Counted from the first letter of the stretch, positions 9,234 to 17,703 are shown. The stretch is DNA of 64,000 bases from an uncultured Chitinophagaceae bacterium (GCA_964527785.1 CAZGNO010000003.1:7974-71973); one strand, 5' to 3'. Made by a program: numbers and translations. Notes: generated by a model from the sequence alone, not told the origin.

Positions 9234-10766
9234 TCACACTTCTTCTGCATAATGAGTTCCTCGGTTTTCTGTTCTATTCAGTGCAAATGAAGTGATAAGC
9301 ATTGCAGTTTCAACCATATTTAGTAACTCAAATGCCTTATAAGTTCTTCCATGAATTTTAATTTCTGATATAAGCAATTTTCGCCATACGTTTAATTGAT
9401 TTTCAGCTAATTTCATTCTAATAGGATTTCTTACTATACCTAAATTGTTCCACATCAGGTGTTGAATATCTGATTTGTAAACTGAAGAAATATCTGACTC
9501 AATACTTAGTAATTTTTCATGATAATATTTGTGTAATGCACTCTTTGTCTGTTTCGGAATTTTTATGTTTTCTTTAATGGATGCTGCGGCAGCATCAGCA
9601 AATACAATTCCTTCAAGTAAGGAATTGCTGGCAAGTCTATTTGCACCGTGTACACCTGTACAAGCTACTTCGCCAATGGCGTACAAACTATTAATAGAAG
9701 TTTTTGCATCAATACCGGTTGCTACACCTCCGCAGATATAATGTGCCGCAGGAACTACCCTAATCATTTCAGTACCAATATCAATATCGTAATTTTTACA
9801 AGTATTATAAATAAACGGAAACTCCTCTTGTAGTTTTTTTTCACCAATCGAAGTTGCATCTAAATACAAAAAATCACTTCCTTCACATAACATTTCTTTC
9901 ACCATACAGCGTGCAACAATATCTCGTGGAGCTAATGAACCCATAGTATGATATTTATACATAAACTGTATACCCTTTGAATCTTTTAATTGTGCACCGG
10001 CTCCTCTCAGTGCTTCACTTATTAAAATATTATCTTCACGGTTAGGAAGATATAGCATCGTAGGGTGAAATTGAATGAACTCCATATTCATCATAGCTGC
10101 ACCCGCCCTGTGAGCCAATGCATACCCGTCACCTGTGGCAGATTGAGGGTTAGTATTGAACGTATATAGATTGCCGCCGCCGCCGGTGGCTAAGACTATT
10201 ATTTCGGCGTAGTGATTTTCAATTGATTGCAACTGAGTATTCAATATACTTGCACCTATTGCCGAATTATTCTCAATTATCAAATCTAAAACAAAGTGAT
10301 GTTCTTTGATTGTAATATTTGGGTGATTTCTGACAATATGGATTAATTTGTTTATTACTTCTTTCCCTGTTTCATCTTTGATATGCACAATCCTATTATG
10401 ACTATGTCCTCCTTCTCTTGATAAATCAAATTGCAGGTTTCCATCTTTATTAAATTCAGTTCCGAAGGTTGTCAAATCTTCTATACAACGAAGTGAATTT
10501 TGAATCATGTATGTAACTGCTTTTTCATTGCATAATCCGGCTCCGGCTAATAGAGTATCCTGAATATGACATGATATTGAATCGTTATCACCAAAAGGTG
10601 CGGCTATTCCCCCTTTGGCTTGATAAGAATTTGACTTTGATAGCTCATCTTTGGTATAGATTGTTACGGTAGCAAATTCTGCTGCTTTTATTGCAAAATA
10701 TAAACCGCTTATTCCTCCACCAATGCAGATAATGTCTAAGTTTGAAGTTTCTGATGAAGTATACAT
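9234..10766 (-). CDS. nadB: L-aspartate oxidase
   Basis: FAD motif GGGISGL, SREGGHSHNRIVH, EFIQFHPT, LISEALRG, LAPRDIVAR, GVHGANRLASNSLLE; adjacent to nadA. Confidence 0.93.
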   Translation of the reverse strand: MYTSSETSNLDIICIGGGISGLYFAIKAAEFATVTIYTKDELSKSNSYQAKGGIAAPFGDNDSISCHIQDTLLAGAGLCNEKAVTYMIQNSLRCIEDLTTFGTEFNKDGNLQFDLSREGGHSHNRIVHIKDETGKEVINKLIHIVRNHPNITIKEHHFVLDLIIENNSAIGASILNTQLQSIENHYAEIIVLATGGGGNLYTFNTNPQSATGDGYALAHRAGAAMMNMEFIQFHPTMLYLPNREDNILISEALRGAGAQLKDSKGIQFMYKYHTMGSLAPRDIVARCMVKEMLCEGSDFLYLDATSIGEKKLQEEFPFIYNTCKNYDIDIGTEMIRVVPAAHYICGGVATGIDAKTSINSLYAIGEVACTGVHGANRLASNSLLEGIVFADAAAASIKENIKIPKQTKSALHKYYHEKLLSIESDISSVYKSDIQHLMWNNLGIVRNPIRMKLAENQLNVWRKLLISEIKIHGRTYKAFELLNMVETAMLITSFALNRTENRGTHYAEEV

Positions 10767-10775
10767 ACTATGTAC

Positions 10776-11777
10776 TTAATTATATTGGAGCATTCGCCTA
10801 ACCGGTATTGAAGCTGCCTTGATGGTATTGTCATCTAAGGTGATTTCATAGGAATGCTCGTCTGCCGTTCCTATTGACTGGAGTGTTTTAAGAATTGAAT
10901 CCAACGTTATCATTTTCATGTAAGGGCATTTTATACATGGAGTTATAAATTCTTTGCCGACAAACAACCTTTTTAAGGTACTTCCCAAGTCACATTCTGA
11001 CGCTAGAATAAATGTATGATCTTTACTCTGAGAAACATAATTGATAATATCATTTGTACTCCCCAAAACCCCTCCCATTTCACTTATGTTTTCTTGTACT
11101 GTTTGGTCAGGTACTTCCCAGTGTAATAACATTTTCGCATCGGGATGCTCTGCTTTCATTGAAGCAAAAGAATCCGATTTGAATTGCTCATGAACCTCAC
11201 AATAGCCATTCCATAGTATGAGTTTTTTTCCTGTTTCAGAATGTATTTTGTTCCGAAGATTTTCGCCCATAAATTTGTCAGGCAGAAATATCAAGGTGTC
11301 TTCTTCAAAAGATTTGGCAATGGAGAGTGCATTACGGGAAGTGCAACAAATATCACATTCCGCTTTAGTTTCGGCATACGTGTTTACATAAGCAATAATC
11401 GGTACTCCCGGATATTGCTTCCTAAGATTTAGTACATCCTCCTTTGTAATACTCGAAGCAAGCGAACAACCGGCTAACTTATCAGGTATATACACATTTT
11501 TGGCCGGGTTTAAAATCTTAGCAGTTTCTGCCATGAAATGTACCCCGCAAAAAACAATATTCTGTTGTTCTACCTTCGTTGCTTCGATACTTAACCCCAA
11601 AGAGTCACCTAAAAAATCTGCAATTCCATCATCGTGAATCAATAGCTGAATCTCAGGTGCCATATAATAATGGGATAGAATAACAGCATTCTTTTCTTTT
11701 TTTAAAAGACCGATTTGATGATAATATTCTTGGGTGGTAAGTGTATGGGGTACATTTTTTTGCCGTGAATCATCCAT
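10776..11777 (-). CDS. nadA: Quinolinate synthase ([4Fe-4S])
   Basis: ILSHYY, GDSL, FCGVHFMAETAK, AGCSLA, YVNT, CTSRNA, YCEVH, CPYMK; likely ATG at 11777 (track starts at 11816). Confidence 0.93.
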   Translation of the reverse strand: MDDSRQKNVPHTLTTQEYYHQIGLLKKEKNAVILSHYYMAPEIQLLIHDDGIADFLGDSLGLSIEATKVEQQNIVFCGVHFMAETAKILNPAKNVYIPDKLAGCSLASSITKEDVLNLRKQYPGVPIIAYVNTYAETKAECDICCTSRNALSIAKSFEEDTLIFLPDKFMGENLRNKIHSETGKKLILWNGYCEVHEQFKSDSFASMKAEHPDAKMLLHWEVPDQTVQENISEMGGVLGSTNDIINYVSQSKDHTFILASECDLGSTLKRLFVGKEFITPCIKCPYMKMITLDSILKTLQSIGTADEHSYEITLDDNTIKAASIPVRRMLQYN

Positions 11778-11920
11778 AAAATACTTTATTACTTTCTTAA
11801 TACGTATAGAAATCAAAAAAAGACCAATTGCATCGTTTACTTAATAGGCAACAGCTGAAACCTATAAAAAAACAATAGGGTTTTCATTTCGATTACATAC
11901 AGATTCATATCCTAAATCCA

Positions 11921-12184
11921 CTACCAGATATCAAACTTGTGTGTAGGGGGATATGTCTTGGATTTCGGTAGGGCATTTAGCGAATATTCAGTAGTATCAC
12001 TATAAATAGTATGCTGATTACACCATGATTCGAATGTGTCGTTTATTTTCTCATTAATGAACTTCTGCAGTTCATCGGTTGCAGGTTCTGCACGTTGAGT
12101 TACAATTCTTTCCATTCTTTGATAAATTTGGTTTGGAATTTCTATTGTCAGTGTCATTGTATTACCCTTCCTATATGTATGCAA
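11921..12184 (-). CDS. Small hypothetical protein with ribbon-helix-helix-like N-terminus
   Basis: MTLTIEIPNQIYQRMERI pattern typical of RHH/antitoxin-like proteins; co-oriented with nadA. Confidence 0.45.
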   Translation of the reverse strand: MHTYRKGNTMTLTIEIPNQIYQRMERIVTQRAEPATDELQKFINEKINDTFESWCNQHTIYSDTTEYSLNALPKSKTYPPTHKFDIW

Positions 12185-12253
12185 AAAATAGTTTCATGAC
12201 TTTTTTGTGAAATTCAGTATTCAAACTCAATCGGAATTGGCGATTCTACAGTT

Positions 12254-12517
12254 CTATATGACAATGTCAATCCCAAACTGTGTTATTTTTATAGCGCTTA
12301 TGTCGTTATTTGGTATGTACGAATGTTGGAATTCAACATCTACCATCGTTGCATCTATAAGTTGCAAAATTACCCTTTCAAAATCTTCTCGAGGAAGATC
12401 GTATGCACCTTCTACAATATCAGTTCTTAGATAGAATGAGGTCATTATGCCTAAATCATATAATGTTTTTAATACAATCCCACGTAAGGTAACGTCTGAT
12501 AATGTAGAATCAAACAT
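12254..12517 (-). CDS. Small hypothetical protein, winged-helix-like
   Basis: IVLKTLYD...FERVILQLID...KITQFGID (ITxxG wing motif). Confidence 0.5.
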   Translation of the reverse strand: MFDSTLSDVTLRGIVLKTLYDLGIMTSFYLRTDIVEGAYDLPREDFERVILQLIDATMVDVEFQHSYIPNNDISAIKITQFGIDIVI

Positions 12518-12600
12518 ATCAACATATAATATTATATAAACTTAACTGCTTCCCTTTAAAAATATCAAATCAAAATTAACAGGTAATATCTTTTAAAAAC

Positions 12601-12614
12601 ATGACAAATATCAC
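12601..12614. promoter_or_regulatory. CRP/FNR-type palindromic site (TGA-N6-TCA)
   Basis: ATGAC-AAAT-ATCAC ~85 bp upstream of the 12517 ORF; similar site at 28873. Confidence 0.4.
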
Positions 12615-12753
12615 GTTTCGTTTTTTTATTTATATTTCGGGGTTCTAAAGCAGTTTTGCGTTTGGAAGCAATAGAACAGAATTCTGAGTTTCATACTACT
12701 CTGGGTTTTTGTTCATAGATGCAGTCAGCCCCAAAAAATCAAATGAGTAAAAG

Positions 12754-13197
12754 TCATGTAATGATATTATGTATAAATACATTACCGTTGTTTGTATCCT
12801 CTGCCATCTGTTTTATGGTTTTTGTCTCAAATAATTGTACCAACTGTTGTTTTATTGATTTATATCCTTCGTGCAGAGGGCATGGATTAGCAGAAGAGCA
12901 TTTTTTTAATCCAAGTAAACATTTTTCGAGCGTTTCATTCTCACCGGTAACGATTAAGACAGACCAAATCGGCAAATGCTTTGCTTCCTCTGTTATATAA
13001 AAGCCACCATTCGGACCGCGAATTGAACTAATTATACGATTTTCCTTAGTAAGCAGTTGTAGTATTTTGGCTGTAAATGATTTAGGCGAATCAATGGCTT
13101 TTGATATTTCCTCGATTCCTAATTTACAGTCAAATGAACTTTTTTGAGCGATATAAATAGTTGCCCTTATCGCGTATTCCGTTGTTTTTGAGAACAT
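12754..13197 (-). CDS. Rrf2-family transcriptional regulator
   Basis: MFSKTTEYAIRA, SFTAKILQLL, SIRGPNGGF, Cys cluster CLLGLKKCSSANPCPLH (Fe-S ligands). Confidence 0.93.
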   Translation of the reverse strand: MFSKTTEYAIRATIYIAQKSSFDCKLGIEEISKAIDSPKSFTAKILQLLTKENRIISSIRGPNGGFYITEEAKHLPIWSVLIVTGENETLEKCLLGLKKCSSANPCPLHEGYKSIKQQLVQLFETKTIKQMAEDTNNGNVFIHNIIT

Positions 13198-13270
13198 AAG
13201 ATTTTTAGAGAAATGAAACTATACAGTTTTACCAGAATCCTGATTTAGATTGTATGTATTGATTTTATAA

Positions 13271-14626
13271 TTACTTACTAAGATTTCCATTGAAATAGGA
13301 GTTGAATTGATTTTTTAAAAGTGGATAGATAATTATCATGATTCCTACAGTCAGTAGTAAGCCGGAAACAAAGAACGTAATAAAAAATGGCTGTAATTGC
13401 AGCATCATAACGTTAAAAAGTATCCGTTCTGAACTCATTTGCCATTTTGCTTTTATCACTCCTGCCGATATAAGACTTAACCAAAAGATAAGTAAAGCAA
13501 TATTTGCCAGCCAAAATGCTTTGTTGAATAGTTTATTAAATTTTTTATGACTTTGAATAGAATCAAAAAGAATATCATAAGCAATCCCAAGTAAAAGAAA
13601 ACAGTTTATACCAATAGTTGCACCCATAGTATGTGCAACAGTAATATGAGTCCCATGGGTATATACATTAACTGCCGGAATTGACATTGCAATTGCCAAT
13701 GCCAGAGTTAAAAATACCCACGCGTCTGCGGCAACAAGAAATCGGTATGCTATATGGTGTATGTGTTTCCTGGCTGTAGTTACTGATGTTTTCCATTTAT
13801 AAAGTATTCTGTCGAATATGAAAAGTTCAGTCATGCTCACCGCGTAACTTATATGCTTAATAAAATCGTGGGTTGGCAATGTGTAAATATGATGTCCCCA
13901 GTTGAACAACAAATTAAATAGACCAAGAAAAAACAATAAGAAAGCAATGAATGAATGGCTGTAGGTTTTGTCACTACTTATTTTTTCCATCAGAAATAGA
14001 CTGCATCCATAAATAAGCATATTCCACGAGCCGACCATCGAACCATACGCTTTCCATTGTACAGTCATGTCGTTGATAATATTGTCCCTAAAGTATGGGA
14101 ATATCCATAAGTATGATTCAATAAATGTGAATAGAAAGAATATTACACCGGTTGTCCACATCCAAACATATACCGGTTGTTTCGTAAAAGTTCCTATTGA
14201 TTTAAAAAAGTTGATTATGAATAGTATCCAACTCACAATGATCGGTAATGCCAGAATCGGGTTAAACTCCCAATACTCTCTTCCGCCAAATACACCTACA
14301 CAATAAGAAACCAAAATTGCAATAATGGTGCCTATGAAAATGATCAATTGGATTTTCATAAGATTCAGAGAATAGATATTCCTACCCGTATGCTGCTGTA
14401 AATATATCAGTACGCTTCCTACAGCTCCCAAAATTATCCAAAAAACCACTGATGAAACGTGCAAAGGTCTAATTTTTTCAAAGGAAAGAAAATGCTTTTG
14501 GAACCCTGGCACAAGATATTGAAGTGCACCTGTCAAACCAAATATCACTCCAATCGCCAGAAGCATTAGACCTGTGGTTAAAAATAACTTTGCAATAACC
14601 AGCTGCTTATTGTTTAATTGTTCCAT
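13271..14626 (-). CDS. Divergent heme-copper oxidase superfamily subunit I (NorB-like) with non-canonical active site
   Basis: ~12 TM segments; RPLHV, GREYWE, WGHHIY, THGTHITVAHTM. Lacks the helix VI HLWVE motif. Probable start 14626 overlaps the cytochrome c stop (track start 14665). Confidence 0.8.
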   Translation of the reverse strand: MEQLNNKQLVIAKLFLTTGLMLLAIGVIFGLTGALQYLVPGFQKHFLSFEKIRPLHVSSVVFWIILGAVGSVLIYLQQHTGRNIYSLNLMKIQLIIFIGTIIAILVSYCVGVFGGREYWEFNPILALPIIVSWILFIINFFKSIGTFTKQPVYVWMWTTGVIFFLFTFIESYLWIFPYFRDNIINDMTVQWKAYGSMVGSWNMLIYGCSLFLMEKISSDKTYSHSFIAFLLFFLGLFNLLFNWGHHIYTLPTHDFIKHISYAVSMTELFIFDRILYKWKTSVTTARKHIHHIAYRFLVAADAWVFLTLALAIAMSIPAVNVYTHGTHITVAHTMGATIGINCFLLLGIAYDILFDSIQSHKKFNKLFNKAFWLANIALLIFWLSLISAGVIKAKWQMSSERILFNVMMLQLQPFFITFFVSGLLLTVGIMIIIYPLLKNQFNSYFNGNLSK

Positions 14627-14996
14627 TACCATTGATTTTGAAAGTTCTTGGGTCAGATTTTCCACTTCGGTCTATAGTATTCAGGTAAGCGAGTAAGGAG
14701 ATTATTTCTTCGTCTGTTAAATTGAAATTGGGCATAATATCCGTTCCATTTTTAAGAAATGCCTTGATGAAGTTACTGTCTCTATAAGAATATTCATTAG
14801 TAAGATCAGGAGCAAGATAGCCACCAAGTCCATAAATTTGATGACAGGCATTACAATTATACTTTTGCCATATTTGTTTTCCTATAACTGATTGATTGTC
14901 AATAGTATAATCCTTCACAGGAAGAGATGAATACAGAAAGCAGGTATAGAATCCAAAAGCAAATACCAGAGAAAGTACTGCTGATATTTTTAACAT
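14607..14996 (-). CDS. Membrane-anchored monoheme cytochrome c, NorC-like
   Basis: N-terminal TM helix, GKQIWQKYNCNACHQIYGLGGYLAPDLT, distal Met in IMPNF; start at 14996 or 15008. Confidence 0.88.
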   Translation of the reverse strand: MLKISAVLSLVFAFGFYTCFLYSSLPVKDYTIDNQSVIGKQIWQKYNCNACHQIYGLGGYLAPDLTNEYSYRDSNFIKAFLKNGTDIMPNFNLTDEEIISLLAYLNTIDRSGKSDPRTFKINGNGTIKQ

Positions 14997-15024
14997 TTCA
15001 ATCACCATAAAAAATTTTCTAAAC

Positions 15025-15089
15025 AATAAGGACAAGATTGTCTTTATTTTATGTATTTTTGCATAAATAAAGACAAAATTATCCTTTTC
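15025..15089. promoter_or_regulatory. Two imperfect palindromic operator boxes (probable Rrf2 sites) flanking a -7 promoter box
   Basis: AATAAGGACAAGATTGTCTTTATT (15025-15048) and AATAAAGACAAAATTATCCTTTTC (15066-15089), with TATTTTTG (15054-15061) between them. Confidence 0.65.
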
Positions 15090-15133
15090 TCGGATTCTTA
15101 CCTAATTTTTTTTCAAAATCTTCAATCAACATT

Positions 15134-17434
15134 ATGAAAAGTTACCTGCTCAATCCTAAAAATTGGTGGCTGCCATTACTTCTGATTTTCGTTATTAGTG
15201 CTACAGGTGTCACAGTAATAGGTATTCATACTTATACAGAAGCTCCACCCATCCCGTTGTATTATTCCTCTAATAATAATGCAGTGTTTACAAAAGATGA
15301 TATATTGAAAGGGCAGGAGGTGTTTCAAAAATATGCTCTGATGGAATATGGCAGTATGTTTGGCGATGGGGCATATAGAGGTCCTGATTTTACCGCGGAA
15401 GCATTGCATTATGTTTCTCGGTATATGAATGAGTATTACCAGTCTCAAGTGAAAACCGGAGCAGGAACAGAATTGCTTACAAAAGGTATTTCCGAGCAAG
15501 TTAAAGCAGAAGTAAAAACCAATCTTTACTCTGAAAAAAATAACAGCGTATTGCTGTCTGATGCTCAAGAGTTTGCTGCAAAAGAGTTGATTACCTATTA
15601 TTCGAAAAAATTTACTGACCCTACCCTTGCCGATGCATTTAAGCCGGGAAATTATATTTCCAATGGTGAAGAAATACGATGTCTTACTGCTTTTTTCTTC
15701 TGGGGTTCATGGGTATGCGGAGTTGAAAGACCCGGCGAGAAATACAGTTATACCCATAATTGGCCTTTCGATCCTGAAGCAGGCAACACCCCAAGTTCTG
15801 CCGTTATTATTTGGAGCATTATCGGCTCATTGGCATTAATCTTCGGACTGGGAATTGTCTTATATTATCACGGAAAACTTGATAAATTAGACAATAATGT
15901 CTATACAAACAAAGCACAGCCATTTATGTCGAGGGAAGAAATAATGAACTTCCAACCAGACGCAGTTCAGCGTTCTACCTATAAGTTCTTTTATACTGCT
16001 ATGCTTCTTTTCGGCGTACAGATTTTGGCAGGTATATTAACCGTTCATGATTTTGTCGGTTTCACCAACTTTTTTGGATTTGATATTTCAATATCGTTAC
16101 CTGTTACTATAACAAGAAGTTGGCATGTGCAATTATCCATTCTATGGATTTCGGCGTGTTGGATTGGTTCTTCATTTTTTATGATGTCGCTTGTTTCACC
16201 AATACAATCTAAAAGTCAGTTAAAACTAATAAACACCATTTTTTGGCTTACGATTGTATTAATTGCAGGGGCTTTTACAGGTATGCTTTTAGGCCCACAC
16301 GGACTTTTGGGCAACAACTGGTATTGGCTCGGTCATCAGGGGTGGGAATATGTTGAATTAGGGAAACTTTGGCAAATATTACTCGGCATTATATTTATAT
16401 TTTGGGCAGTTACATTATATCGTGGCATTAAACCAGTAATGAAACTGGGGCAACCGTGGGCTTTGCCTAACTGGTTGGTGTATTCAACATTCAGTATTAT
16501 CGTTCTGTTGGTCTCCGGCTTTATTGCAACTCCAAAAACCAATTTTGTCATAGCCGATTTCTGGCGATGGATGGTTGTACATATGTGGGCAGAAGCGTTT
16601 TTTGAAGTTTTTACAACAGTATTAATAGGTTACTTTATGGTGTTGATGGGACTGGTAAGCAGACAAGCAGCAATTCGCGTTATTTATTTAGCCACTTTAT
16701 TGTTTCTAGGTTCGGGACTACTTGGTATTTCTCATAATTTTTATTGGAATGCAAAACCTGTAGGAACAATGGCTTTGGGGGCTGTATTTTCTACTTTACA
16801 GGTAATTCCATTGATACTACTTACCTTAGAAGCGTCACGATTCAGTCGGCTTCCCAAAATATTGGAGAGTAGCAATAAGGTGAATGGAGATATAAGTAAA
16901 CAATTCGGTTTTTCAGAAGTATTCCTTTTTTTAGTTGCAGTGAATTTCTGGAACTTTTTTGGCGCAGGGGTGCTTGGTTTTATCATCAATCTTCCCATTG
17001 CCAACTATTATGAGCATGGTACGTACCTAACAGTAAATCATGGTCATGCTGCATTGATGGGTGTATATGGGAATCTCGCTTTGGCAGCGGTTTTGTTTTG
17101 CTGTCAGTTACTTGTTAAGTCTGATTGGTGGAAACCGAGAATCATAAAAATTGTTTTCTGGTCAATCAATATCGGATTGCTGTTAATGGTGTTTTTAGAT
17201 TTATTCCCCGCAGGAATATTTCAATTTACGTCAGTAACCGAACATGGACTTTGGTACGCCCGCAGCAGTGAATTTATTGAAAGCAATACATTTCAAAACC
17301 TTACATGGCTTCGGCTTATCGGAGGATCGCTGTTCACCTTAGGAGGTGTACTGCCGTTGATTTGGTTCATCGTCCGAAGCAGAAGAGGGTTAAAACTAAA
17401 AAAGCTATCAGAGGTTGCTCATAAATCCAAGTAA
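15134..17434 (+). CDS. norZ: qNor-family nitric oxide reductase large subunit with NO-dismutase (Nod)-type substitutions
   Basis: GDGAYRGPDFTAEALH, YTHNWP, RSWHVQ, QGWEYVELG, VHMWAEAFFE, GISHNFYW (HH->HN), FSTLQV (E->Q), NHGHAA. Confidence 0.9.
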   Translation: MKSYLLNPKNWWLPLLLIFVISATGVTVIGIHTYTEAPPIPLYYSSNNNAVFTKDDILKGQEVFQKYALMEYGSMFGDGAYRGPDFTAEALHYVSRYMNEYYQSQVKTGAGTELLTKGISEQVKAEVKTNLYSEKNNSVLLSDAQEFAAKELITYYSKKFTDPTLADAFKPGNYISNGEEIRCLTAFFFWGSWVCGVERPGEKYSYTHNWPFDPEAGNTPSSAVIIWSIIGSLALIFGLGIVLYYHGKLDKLDNNVYTNKAQPFMSREEIMNFQPDAVQRSTYKFFYTAMLLFGVQILAGILTVHDFVGFTNFFGFDISISLPVTITRSWHVQLSILWISACWIGSSFFMMSLVSPIQSKSQLKLINTIFWLTIVLIAGAFTGMLLGPHGLLGNNWYWLGHQGWEYVELGKLWQILLGIIFIFWAVTLYRGIKPVMKLGQPWALPNWLVYSTFSIIVLLVSGFIATPKTNFVIADFWRWMVVHMWAEAFFEVFTTVLIGYFMVLMGLVSRQAAIRVIYLATLLFLGSGLLGISHNFYWNAKPVGTMALGAVFSTLQVIPLILLTLEASRFSRLPKILESSNKVNGDISKQFGFSEVFLFLVAVNFWNFFGAGVLGFIINLPIANYYEHGTYLTVNHGHAALMGVYGNLALAAVLFCCQLLVKSDWWKPRIIKIVFWSINIGLLLMVFLDLFPAGIFQFTSVTEHGLWYARSSEFIESNTFQNLTWLRLIGGSLFTLGGVLPLIWFIVRSRRGLKLKKLSEVAHKSK

Positions 17435-17466
17435 TAAATGGAAAGATATTGAGAGAAGTTGTACTG

Positions 17467-17512
17467 CGTCCAAATTAGGTTCATTCAGTAATAGTCAACC
17501 TAATTTAGGACG
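17467..17512. terminator. Long hairpin downstream of the qNor/Nod gene
   Basis: CGTCCAAATTAGGTT...AACCTAATTTAGGACG; no clear U tract. Confidence 0.45.
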
Positions 17513-17525
17513 TGATAACTAAACG

Positions 17526-17549
17526 AAAAAAGCCCCTAAAAAGGGGCTT
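17526..17549 (-). terminator. Rho-independent terminator directly after the tRNA CCA end
   Basis: Minus strand AAGCCCC-TTTTTA-GGGGCTT-TTTT. Confidence 0.7.
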
Positions 17550-17626
17550 GGTGGGCGGTGAGGGACTTGAACCCCCGACATCCTGCTTGTAAGGCAGGCG
17601 CTCTGAACCAACTGAGCTAACCGCCC
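17549..17626 (-). tRNA. tRNA-Val (anticodon TAC)
   Basis: Reverse complement GGGCGGTTAGCTCAGTTGGTTCAGAGCGCCTGCCTTACAAGCAGGATGTCGGGGGTTCAAGTCCCTCACCGCCCACCA folds as a cloverleaf, with encoded CCA; TATTTTTG promoter box at 17647-17654. Confidence 0.97.
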
Positions 17627-17703
17627 TTTTTCCGCAAAGGGGAACACAAAAATACGATTCTTTTTTGAATGAACAAAAAAATATTAAAATTTTGGTGCAA
17701 ATG

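Larger units (their letters stand above)
5830..17520. other. AT-rich accessory region / possible old genomic island next to the tRNA-Val 3' end
   Basis: Visibly lower GC than flanks, accessory gene content, gene remnant at 7499; no integrase or att repeat seen. Confidence 0.45.

Noticed and set aside
11778-11920. NAD-sensing riboswitch upstream of nadA
   Set aside because: The region is very AT-rich with only one simple inverted repeat; I cannot recognise a riboswitch fold (an Rfam search would settle it).
13271-14626. Genuine cbb3 oxidase subunit I, or canonical cNor NorB
   Set aside because: It lacks the helix VI His and the second helix X His; no ccoO/P or norQ/D nearby.
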